DNA of 64,000 bases from positions 26,057 through 90,056 of the forward strand of contig VMGE01000003.1 in assembly GCA_007376395.1 (NCBI GenBank). Direction: 5' to 3'. This stretch comes from Microgenomates group bacterium Gr01-1014_5. Its GTDB lineage: Bacteria > Patescibacteriota > Microgenomatia > UBA8517 > UBA10165. The translations under genes and the position numbers were made by a program. The notes under the pieces are model-generated. The model was not told where the DNA came from. It made no database searches and saw only the letters and a list, made by a program, of their open reading frames with translations. Shown here piece by piece: positions 37,835 through 45,933 of the stretch; the stretch's first letter is position 1, and each line of letters opens with the position of its first letter.

Positions 37835-39376
37835 TTGTCCGGAGTAACCCCGTATTTACGGAAGGTATGCCGCCAAGCGAACAGAAACAGTCGCTGGGCG
37901 GTTTTTTTGTGGCTTTTTTCTGGATGGGAGTTAAAAGCCCTCGTTAGGGTCTCTACCCAGGACGAGAGTTTTTATTTAGAAAAAATGGACAATAAAACTA
38001 ATAAGGAAATCAAAAGATGGTTCGATAGGAACCCGATAACCGAGACGCAAACTCCACAGTGTACTTCGCTTGAAGAAGCGCTGGAAGCTGTCGAGAGAGC
38101 GTTACCAGGTAAGAGAGATATGGCTCTTTTGGCAATGGCTGTTTATATAAGTCGCTTGGTTGATCTGAAAACCCCTTTATGGCTTATGTTCGTTGGTGTT
38201 CCCTCAAGTGCAAAAACAGAAATTGCTCGCATGCTTACTTATGCTCTCTGTATATATTTTCTTGATAGCTTAACCGAAAATGCTTTTGTTAGTGGCTCTA
38301 AAACTAAAACTGGCGAAGAGCCCAAAGATTTATTACCACTTTTAGATGATAAGTGCTTTGTTATTAAAGACTTCACTACAACTTTGTCCCAGAGAGAAGA
38401 GTCTGTAAGGAAGATACTTGGCGATTTAACCTCAATATACGATGATTCTTTTGCTAAACATTCACCTGTAAGAGGCACGATAGAATACCACGCTTTCTTC
38501 TCCCTTTTGTGTTGCGTAACACCGCAGGCTCTAAATCGTCATCAAAGGTATATGAATCAGATTGGCCCAAGATTTTTGTTTTACAGAGTACCGGCCAGTA
38601 TAGAGGAGGAGGTAAATAAAGGATTGGAAGTTTTGTGGTCTTCAGAAGATAGCCGGTCTAGAGTCCGCGAGGCACAAGAGAAAGTCTCCTCTTATTGTAA
38701 CTATATTGAAGAATCGGTTTCAGAGAAACGGCTAGAAAAGGAGAGCAAAGAAGTTATTAGCTACTTGAATAATCTTGCCAAATTTATAGCAAGAGCTAGA
38801 GGGATGGTTTTAACCAGAAATGCAGAGTTTGTAAATAAAGAAGGCGAGACGATTTCTTTTTATGAGCCGGTAGAGATACAGATTGAAGACCCATATAGAG
38901 CGTTGTTGCAATTAAGAGTTTTGGCCAGGTCGTTAGCTACGGTTAAAGGTAAGAGCTCTGTAGCGTTCTCTGAGATGGATTTGGTTAAACAGGTGGCTCT
39001 ATCTTCCATGCCAGCAGACCGCTCACTGCTACTTTCTGTTATTGCCAGAGAAAACAAAGACTGGACTGCTAAGGAAATTGCAGATAACTTGGGTATTTCT
39101 CATAAGACGGCACTCCGGCAACTAGACGAGTTAGTTTCCCTCAAGGTAGTAGTTAAGAGCGAGGGAGGGCTGGGATTAGCTCATATATATAGAATTAAGC
39201 CTGTCTTTGAATCCTTACTTTATAGCAGTACGGAGTTTATGTCCCACCCACCAACCGAGACACAAACTCCACAAGAGACAGTTGTTTCCTCCAATAAAAC
39301 TTCTGACCAGTTAACAGACGGAGAATTACTGAAAATCTTTCTGGGAGCAACGATTAAGGAGTCGATCCATGATTAG
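37835..39376 (+). CDS. Putative replication/primase-associated P-loop ATPase with a C-terminal winged HTH (mobile-element replication protein)
   Basis: Variant Walker A FVGVPSSAKTE, a C-terminal HTH (KEIADNLGISHKTALRQLDEL), and context between Xis and the serine recombinase. Confidence 0.45.
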   Translation: MSGVTPYLRKVCRQANRNSRWAVFLWLFSGWELKALVRVSTQDESFYLEKMDNKTNKEIKRWFDRNPITETQTPQCTSLEEALEAVERALPGKRDMALLAMAVYISRLVDLKTPLWLMFVGVPSSAKTEIARMLTYALCIYFLDSLTENAFVSGSKTKTGEEPKDLLPLLDDKCFVIKDFTTTLSQREESVRKILGDLTSIYDDSFAKHSPVRGTIEYHAFFSLLCCVTPQALNRHQRYMNQIGPRFLFYRVPASIEEEVNKGLEVLWSSEDSRSRVREAQEKVSSYCNYIEESVSEKRLEKESKEVISYLNNLAKFIARARGMVLTRNAEFVNKEGETISFYEPVEIQIEDPYRALLQLRVLARSLATVKGKSSVAFSEMDLVKQVALSSMPADRSLLLSVIARENKDWTAKEIADNLGISHKTALRQLDELVSLKVVVKSEGGLGLAHIYRIKPVFESLLYSSTEFMSHPPTETQTPQETVVSSNKTSDQLTDGELLKIFLGATIKESIHD

Positions 39377-39554
39377 TCAGGAAGCCATTGTGGAATTCAA
39401 AGAGTTGTATTTTCAGGAGTACAAAGTAAAACTTACTGACGAGCAGGCACTTGATTATGGAACAAGGCTTGTAGGACTAGTAAAAGCTGTTTATGGCAAG
39501 AATTTGCCAAAAGTGAATTTTATTGACAAGGATAACAAGAAAGAGAATAATTAA
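39369..39554 (+). CDS. Small hypothetical protein
   Basis: ORF track; 8-nt overlap with the upstream gene. Confidence 0.3.
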   Translation: MISQEAIVEFKELYFQEYKVKLTDEQALDYGTRLVGLVKAVYGKNLPKVNFIDKDNKKENN

Positions 39555-39558
39555 AGGG

Positions 39559-39625
39559 TACTCAAACGGCTGATTGCTTTTTTTGATGGCCGTCTTGGAC
39601 AACCTGAGCAATCAGTTTGAGTACA
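39559..39625. promoter_or_regulatory. Imperfect inverted repeat GTACTCAAACGGCTGATTGCT ... AGCAATCAGTTTGAGTAC (about 28-nt spacer) upstream of the serine recombinase. It is a candidate attP-like site or operator.
   Basis: Seen directly in sequence; 18/21 matched arms. Coordinates are within ±2 nt. Confidence 0.4.
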
Positions 39626-41386
39626 ACCAGGGCGGCCTTTAAAGATTTTATGGAAGAAAAACAAATCTATCTTCGCTATTTGGGGTATGTTCGCAAGAGT
39701 TCAGAAGATAACAAGGAGCGACAAGCCGCTTCCCTCCCCGAGCAGTTATATGTACTCGAAGGAATTAAAGCAAAACACAACTTAACTCTCGTTGATACTC
39801 TCCAAGAATCAAAATCGGCACACAAGCCTGGGCGGGAAATCTTTAACAATATGCTTGCCCGAATAGAGAGCAGTGAAGCAAACGCAATTTTAACCTGGCA
39901 CCCCAACAGGCTTTGCCGTAACGCACTTGATGCTGGACAACTTCTTTATCTCATGGACGAAGATAAATTAGTCGAAATTCGCACACCTTCGCGGACATAT
40001 CGAAATACCCCAGAAGACAAATTTATGTTGACCCTTGAATTTGGTATGTCCAAAAAAGACTCGGACGATAAAAGCATTGTTGTTGAAAGAGGTTTGGAAA
40101 AGAAAGCAAGGGACGGCTGGAGGCCAGGTGTTGCTCCACAAGGATACTTGAATGATAAAACAACAGAGAGTGGCTTTAGAAAGATACTGACTGACCCTGA
40201 AAGGTTGTCCTTTATTAAGAAAATCTTTGAGCTTTTTTCCAATGGAACTTCTGTAGTTGAAATCCACAGAATTGCCAAAGACGAATGGAAATTTCTCTCA
40301 AGACAAAAGAAACGAAGCGGTGGTATACCGCTTTCTTTGAGCATGATTTATAAGATGTTGACTAACCCTTTTTATTGCGGAAAGTTTGAGTATCCAGAAG
40401 GAAGCGGCAAATGGTACGAAGGCGCACACGAACCAGCAGTAGACCAAAAGATATTTGACGAAATACAGGTCAAATTAGGCCGCAGAAGCCAATACAAGCT
40501 CCAACATCACAACTTTGCCTATACAGGTAGTATGGTTCGCTGTGGTTCGTGTAATTCAAGCATAGTAGCCGAGCAAAAATGGCAGTGTATTTGTACCAAG
40601 TGCAAGCTAAAATTCTCGCTTACCAAGAAAAATAAAGAAAGGTGTACTGGTTGTGGGACTCTTATCAAGAATATGTCCGACCCAACTATTCTCCACTATG
40701 TCTATTATCGTTGCGGACGGAAAAAGAATCCGAATTGTAGGGAGCGTGCAGAAAGAGTTGATAGGCTTGAGAAGCAAATTGATGAAAAACTCTCTCAAAT
40801 TGAAATCTCACCCTTGTTTATGGACTGGGCAATACGCCAAATCCACAAGATGAATGATAGTAATAAAGATTTTACAGAAGAAGCCATAGAGAGCATTAAA
40901 CGAGCCCATGACGGATGCAGGGCAAAGCTTACTAACTTACTGCAACTTAAAATTTCACCTGCAAATAGCGATGGTGGCCTTATCAGCGACGAGAAATACA
41001 AGGAAGAAAAGGATAAATTAGAAATAGAGTTAAAAGGAGTAGAAAAACAACTTGTTAATACTGACGACAGAATGTTGCAGGCAAATGAAGAGACTGTAAA
41101 AGCGTTTACTTTTGTTGCCAGAGCAAAAGAAAGGTTTGCAACTGATGATTTGAAAATAAAACGAGATATTTTTTTGGGACTTGGGTCGCACCTAACTTTG
41201 CAAAATAAAACAGTCGGAATTATAGCACCAAAATACATTTATACGATCGAAAAAATGAAAGAAGCTGAGCCGATTATCGCAGAACGGGTCGCACCTGGAA
41301 ATCAGCCTGAATATACGCACCAAATGGAGACATATTTTGCCTCCAATCCTACTCTGTTGCGGGGCCGGGAGTCGCGCCCGGCCTAG
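39617..41386 (+). CDS. Large serine recombinase (phage-integrase type)
   Basis: N-terminal resolvase catalytic domain YLGYVRKSSEDNKERQAASLPEQ with the catalytic Ser. A recombinase domain, a Cys-rich zinc ribbon (CGSCNS...CTKCK...CTGCG) and a coiled-coil follow. Confidence 0.88.
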   Translation: MSTTRAAFKDFMEEKQIYLRYLGYVRKSSEDNKERQAASLPEQLYVLEGIKAKHNLTLVDTLQESKSAHKPGREIFNNMLARIESSEANAILTWHPNRLCRNALDAGQLLYLMDEDKLVEIRTPSRTYRNTPEDKFMLTLEFGMSKKDSDDKSIVVERGLEKKARDGWRPGVAPQGYLNDKTTESGFRKILTDPERLSFIKKIFELFSNGTSVVEIHRIAKDEWKFLSRQKKRSGGIPLSLSMIYKMLTNPFYCGKFEYPEGSGKWYEGAHEPAVDQKIFDEIQVKLGRRSQYKLQHHNFAYTGSMVRCGSCNSSIVAEQKWQCICTKCKLKFSLTKKNKERCTGCGTLIKNMSDPTILHYVYYRCGRKKNPNCRERAERVDRLEKQIDEKLSQIEISPLFMDWAIRQIHKMNDSNKDFTEEAIESIKRAHDGCRAKLTNLLQLKISPANSDGGLISDEKYKEEKDKLEIELKGVEKQLVNTDDRMLQANEETVKAFTFVARAKERFATDDLKIKRDIFLGLGSHLTLQNKTVGIIAPKYIYTIEKMKEAEPIIAERVAPGNQPEYTHQMETYFASNPTLLRGRESRPA

Positions 41387-41733
41387 GAGATTATGCATCT
41401 GTAATCTCTAATTACTCAGAGTGTCGGACTATATCTTCACCCCGATTAAATCGGGGGCTCGGCGTGTAGTCTCTACGGTGTCCCTCCGAAACTTTAGTGA
41501 AGGAGGGTTCCCTCGGTATTACCCTCTATAAGAGTAGGGTTTCACCGATATAGCCAAGTTATCAAGAAACATTACTGTTAAATGTGCCCAATTTGAGCCT
41601 CCTGTGCAACTCTACACTACCCCGCATGTCTCTTACCAACTGAATTATAACAGATGCAGGCTCGAATTAAAAGCCTCTTGACTACCAATAGAATAGCTGT
41701 TATGGTGATAGTTAAACCACATAACTTTATACA
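41387..41733 (+). other. Highly structured ~345-nt non-coding region with several perfect hairpins. Candidate ncRNA or attachment-site region.
   Basis: Hairpins CCCCGATT-taaa-ATCGGGG, CCCTCC-gaaactttagtga-GGAGGG and CTCT-ata-AGAG; no ORF; GC is higher than in surrounding intergenic DNA. Confidence 0.3.
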
Positions 41734-42423
41734 TTGATCAGGAAACCCCTAGAAAAACAAAAAGCTCAAGAGCTACGAAAGCAAGGCAAGAGTATCGGAG
41801 AAATAGCACAAGAACTTGGAATTTCAACCTCAACAGTTAGCTTGTGGGTAAGAAATATTACTTTAACAACTGAGCAGAAAAAACGGCTTGAAAATAAGGT
41901 GTTTACTACCCTACAGAAAGGTAGGATTATCGCCCAGGAGGTTCAAAAACAATTAAGAGACAATCTCAAAAGAGAAATCTCTGCCGAAGCCGTACTACAA
42001 CTCGGAAAACTCTCAAAAAGAGACCTTTTTATTGCCGGAATTATCCTATATTGGACAGAGGGTTTTAAAAAAGATAATCGGTTAGGATTTGCAAATTCCG
42101 ACCCACAAATGGTCAAGTTATTCTTAAAATGGCTTTATACCTTGGGAGTACCAAAAAATAGTATCCGTTTAAGAGTTGGGATAAATATTAGCCACAAAAA
42201 GAGAGTTAAGGTTATAGAAAAATATTGGTCTAAACAAACCAACATCCCCCTTTCTCAATTTCAGAAGCCCTTTTTTCAAAAATTTATATGGAAAAAAGAA
42301 TTTCCTGATCCAAACTTATACCATGGAGTTATAAGAGTGCGTGCCATAAACCAAGGCAGATTGTTCATAAAAATACTTAAATGGATAGCATTGGTAAGAA
42401 CTTCAAATAATACTTTGCTATAA
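41734..42423 (+). CDS. HTH plus LAGLIDADG-like homing endonuclease fusion (paralog B; TTG start)
   Basis: ELRKQGKSIGEIAQELGISTSTVSLWVR HTH; FIAGIILYWTEGFKK. Confidence 0.6.
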   Translation: MIRKPLEKQKAQELRKQGKSIGEIAQELGISTSTVSLWVRNITLTTEQKKRLENKVFTTLQKGRIIAQEVQKQLRDNLKREISAEAVLQLGKLSKRDLFIAGIILYWTEGFKKDNRLGFANSDPQMVKLFLKWLYTLGVPKNSIRLRVGINISHKKRVKVIEKYWSKQTNIPLSQFQKPFFQKFIWKKEFPDPNLYHGVIRVRAINQGRLFIKILKWIALVRTSNNTLL

Positions 42424-42429
42424 TAAAGT

Positions 42430-42780
42430 GTGGCTCTGGTTCTAATAGCTCTCTTCTGGTTTTGGCCAATACTTCTTTCCTTTGCCACAATTTTTATTTA
42501 CGGATTACTGACCCAAAAAATCGGGAACGAAAGGTTTGTATATTTGGTAATTATTAGCTTGGTTTTGGCACCAATTGCGCTATCTGCACAAGCCTTCTAT
42601 GTTTGCGGGTTGGATATTGACTATTACCATAATTGTAGCTTGAGCGAACGCTTAAACGAGGTTAGTAAATTTCTTCCTTCGATTATTAGAGGTTCAACTT
42701 TTTTATTAAGCGGTGTTTACTTTTCAATTTTTTACCTCGCAATACTTGCTAAACACTTAAAAAACAAGTACTTGCATTAA
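42430..42780 (+). CDS. Hypothetical membrane protein
   Basis: ORF track; 3 TM helices. Confidence 0.4.
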   Translation: MALVLIALFWFWPILLSFATIFIYGLLTQKIGNERFVYLVIISLVLAPIALSAQAFYVCGLDIDYYHNCSLSERLNEVSKFLPSIIRGSTFLLSGVYFSIFYLAILAKHLKNKYLH

Positions 42781-43130
42781 AAAAATAGTCTCATCCAGCG
42801 TTGGTATATTGGCTCTTCTTCAGCAAAATGCTCCTGGTCAAACTCCGGAGCAAGACGCCGCAAAACCTCATCTGCCGGCAAAACCACAACCACTTCCCCG
42901 GGTTTGGCTAAGCCTAGCTTCTCCCGAGCCTCTTTTTCCATAAATTCTTGGGATTCTACTTGTTCTTTAACTTCCAAAAGACGAGCCTGTTCTGCCTCTA
43001 ACTCGCGGACTCTAACTTCAGCCTCTTTAGTCGCGTCACCCCGCCCCAAGAGCTGAAATGTCGAACGCCCCATAGAAACTATCAAAAAGAGCGATAATGC
43101 CAAAACTATCCAATGTGTATATTTCTTCAT
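42777..43130 (-). CDS. ftsB: Septum formation initiator FtsB/DivIC-like
   Basis: N-terminal TM helix, a coiled coil and the conserved EKEAREKLGLAKPGEVVVVL C-terminal motif. Confidence 0.7.
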   Translation of the reverse strand: MKKYTHWIVLALSLFLIVSMGRSTFQLLGRGDATKEAEVRVRELEAEQARLLEVKEQVESQEFMEKEAREKLGLAKPGEVVVVLPADEVLRRLAPEFDQEHFAEEEPIYQRWMRLFF

Positions 43131-43227
43131 CTATCTTCAAATACCCCTTGCAGTCATGTCTATTTTTTGATAATATAGGTTATCCTAAAGGATAACCAAT
43201 TCCTAAAAGGAATTTAGGCTACTAATT

Positions 43228-44094
43228 ATGGCTACAACTAAAACATTAACCGATTTAAAACTGGACTTTGTTCGTAATCTTGAAAATACAGGACGTGCCT
43301 CAGCTACCATTCTAGCTTACAGAAAAGACCTTGAGCAACTTATTGAGTATTTAGAAAAACAAGGGAAAAACACCATTGAGCCTATCAGACCTCTCGACAT
43401 CGAGGCTTTTCGTGATTCCTTAAGGAGCCAAAATTATACTGACAAATCAGTCTCCCGCAAGCTAAACGCGGTCAAAACTTTCTTTGGCTGGCTGGTAACC
43501 CAGAAAATTTTAGAAAATGACCCAGCAGCGCCCGTTGCCCACCCCCGCTACGAGAATCCACCCCCAAGAATTCTTACCCGCATGGAGTACAGGGCTTTGC
43601 GTGACGCCGCCCGCGGAGATTTGCGCATTAGCGCTATTATCGAGTCAATGCTGCAAACCGGAATCCGTATTGGCGAGGTTTCCAATCTAAGACTAGAGGA
43701 CGTCCAAGGAGATAAAATTTTAATCAAGGCGTATGAATCTCAACCAGAACGCGAGATTCCCTTAAACGAGCCGGCAAAACAAGCTTTACATCAATACTTA
43801 GCAATCCGCCCCAAGGCACAAACTACTCACGTCTTTGTGACTAAAACAGGCCGTCCGCTACTCGTCCGCAACATAAGGAGTGCTATTGACCGCTATTTTA
43901 AAGAAGCCGGCATAGAAGACGCCAAAGTAAACGACATGCGCAACACCTTTATCGCCCACCAACTAAAGTCGGGTGTCGATATTGTCACGGTCTCCAAAAT
44001 TGCCGGGCACAGAAGACTCTCAACCACAGAGCACTATCTTCAGTTTGTTGAAAGAAAAGAGTCCCGCCGCGGAGCAAAACTAGACGAGCTCTAA
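43228..44094 (+). CDS. Tyrosine recombinase (XerC/XerD-like)
   Basis: R...H-x-x-R...Y pattern: GIRIGEVSNLRL, ...HQLKSG..., and C-terminal IAGHRRLSTTEHYLQ. Confidence 0.85.
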   Translation: MATTKTLTDLKLDFVRNLENTGRASATILAYRKDLEQLIEYLEKQGKNTIEPIRPLDIEAFRDSLRSQNYTDKSVSRKLNAVKTFFGWLVTQKILENDPAAPVAHPRYENPPPRILTRMEYRALRDAARGDLRISAIIESMLQTGIRIGEVSNLRLEDVQGDKILIKAYESQPEREIPLNEPAKQALHQYLAIRPKAQTTHVFVTKTGRPLLVRNIRSAIDRYFKEAGIEDAKVNDMRNTFIAHQLKSGVDIVTVSKIAGHRRLSTTEHYLQFVERKESRRGAKLDEL

Positions 44095-45881
44095 ATAATT
44101 CCGCATAGATATAGCGCTCTTCTTTGGTTTTGGCTATATTGATCCATATTACCCCAAATAAATGATTTTTCAATTGACCGAACTTCTTCTTTAGAATAAG
44201 TCTGCCCTCCCATAGAATAACCATTAGAATACATGTACCGAATCCCATGATCTTCCGCCCTATTAGTGGGGTGATCGGTATGATTTCCCGAGCGAGTTCC
44301 CAACTCAATTGCTAATTTAACAGTTTGCCATGTAGCCTCCCAACTATCTCTATCCCAAGCCCACATCCCTCCCGTGTGGATTCGAAAACCTAACCTCTTT
44401 AATGTATCCACAACTGCAACATCTCGAACTTTTGAAGCAAGAACCTCCCTGATAGATTGCAAACCGTTATTAAACTCAGTCGCACTAACAACCCCTGCAG
44501 GAAAAAGACTGTAAGCCTCTGACGCTAAATCCTGAATTGTATGGTTCTTAAAGTACTCTTGAAGGTCTATTCCCTCCCAAAGATTCCATATGCTTTCCCA
44601 GAGAGCATTATTTTTTGTGTCGTATACCTCAAGACCTTTTTGATATCTTATTCGATCAAACAATCCATCTCCTATTTCCCTCTTCATGTATTGCACAAAA
44701 CTAGACTTGTCGTCTTTAACTCTTTCAAATAGCTGATTAATCGTCACCGGTGAAAGAGACTGGTCATACTTAATTCTGGTTATTCTCTCTTCTTGTAATT
44801 CCTCTCCTTGTAAACTTTGAGTTTTTCCACCTTCAACAAATACGCTTCCTTCTGGCATTTCAAAACTTCCACCAACGGGCAGTTCCCAAAAGGAATCAAC
44901 TGTATTAAGCTGGGTTGGTTTACCGTTGGCTTCCAAAGCTGACTTAAAAGGGATAATAACAGCATATCCAGCTCCTTCCCAGGAACCATACATATGAGAC
45001 ACAACCGGGTGGTTCATTGAAAAATGTAGTGTTGTGCGAGGAGATAAACCTCTTGTTGAATCAAAGGTAGAGCGAATTTCATATCGCCCAGTTTCAGGAT
45101 TCATTACTGGTTTAAACCTTGTCAAGTGCACACAAACCAACTCCTCTACTTTTAAGGCTTCCTGGGTGACTGGAAAATTTTTGGAGTGCTCGAGAAGTTT
45201 TTCATTTGCTTGGGCGTCTCTTTCTTGGTCATGTTTTTCTAGCTGAGCCAACTTTTCAGAAGATAAAGTTTTCGCAGCTTCATCACCTATTAACAAAAGC
45301 ACTGCTAAAACCTCGCCTTCTCTTTTGTTTTCCTTATTAGCCGCAACTCCGTTTGTATCAACAATATTTCCAGCTACTACCCTATCAATTAAATCTCTAA
45401 CTTGCGGGGTAAACTTCCAATTAACCACTGTTAATTTTCTTGCTTCTCTAATTTGAGAATCATTCCCGCCCAAATGGAAATATAAATCCAGTAAACCCTG
45501 AGGGCTTGATTCAACAAGAAAAGTCGCTTTTCCGTCGTTTAAAGCTTTTTGGTATTCAGGACCGCTCGATCCGCTTGTTTGTTCGCTTTTAATTATTCTG
45601 GCAGCTTGGGGTACTTTTTCTTGTCCTTCACGGGTTTTTAAGCTTCCTACGGGTACAACCAATCTATCTTTTACCAAATCCCCGCCACTGGTCGGTTCAC
45701 CGCGGCTAAAAAATATAGCTTCGACTTTTTGCCCCTGTTTCGTTGTAAATTCGTAAGCATAAATCGCTCTTCCCTCCTCGTCAACCCCTTCTCTTCTTTG
45801 GAAAGGATATTCTTTCGGAGGTTCTGACGGCTTAATTAATTCACTTTGTGAAGCAGTTAATGTTTCAGCTACTTCTGGCAT
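44091..45881 (-). CDS. Large hypothetical cytoplasmic protein (596 aa)
   Basis: ORF track; no TM helices; no motif I can recognise. Confidence 0.5.
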   Translation of the reverse strand: MPEVAETLTASQSELIKPSEPPKEYPFQRREGVDEEGRAIYAYEFTTKQGQKVEAIFFSRGEPTSGGDLVKDRLVVPVGSLKTREGQEKVPQAARIIKSEQTSGSSGPEYQKALNDGKATFLVESSPQGLLDLYFHLGGNDSQIREARKLTVVNWKFTPQVRDLIDRVVAGNIVDTNGVAANKENKREGEVLAVLLLIGDEAAKTLSSEKLAQLEKHDQERDAQANEKLLEHSKNFPVTQEALKVEELVCVHLTRFKPVMNPETGRYEIRSTFDSTRGLSPRTTLHFSMNHPVVSHMYGSWEGAGYAVIIPFKSALEANGKPTQLNTVDSFWELPVGGSFEMPEGSVFVEGGKTQSLQGEELQEERITRIKYDQSLSPVTINQLFERVKDDKSSFVQYMKREIGDGLFDRIRYQKGLEVYDTKNNALWESIWNLWEGIDLQEYFKNHTIQDLASEAYSLFPAGVVSATEFNNGLQSIREVLASKVRDVAVVDTLKRLGFRIHTGGMWAWDRDSWEATWQTVKLAIELGTRSGNHTDHPTNRAEDHGIRYMYSNGYSMGGQTYSKEEVRSIEKSFIWGNMDQYSQNQRRALYLCGII

Positions 45882-45933
45882 AAGACAGTAGACTAGTTTA
45901 CCATCAATTAAAAGCGGCGCAAAGCTCGACGAA

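Larger units (their letters stand above)
37330..41733 (+). mobile_element. Putative integrative element: XRE, Xis, replication protein and large serine recombinase. Its boundaries are uncertain.
   Basis: Gene content and order are typical of serine-recombinase-borne integrative elements. It is flanked by accessory small-protein genes (left) and an HTH-LAGLIDADG gene (right). Confidence 0.4.
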
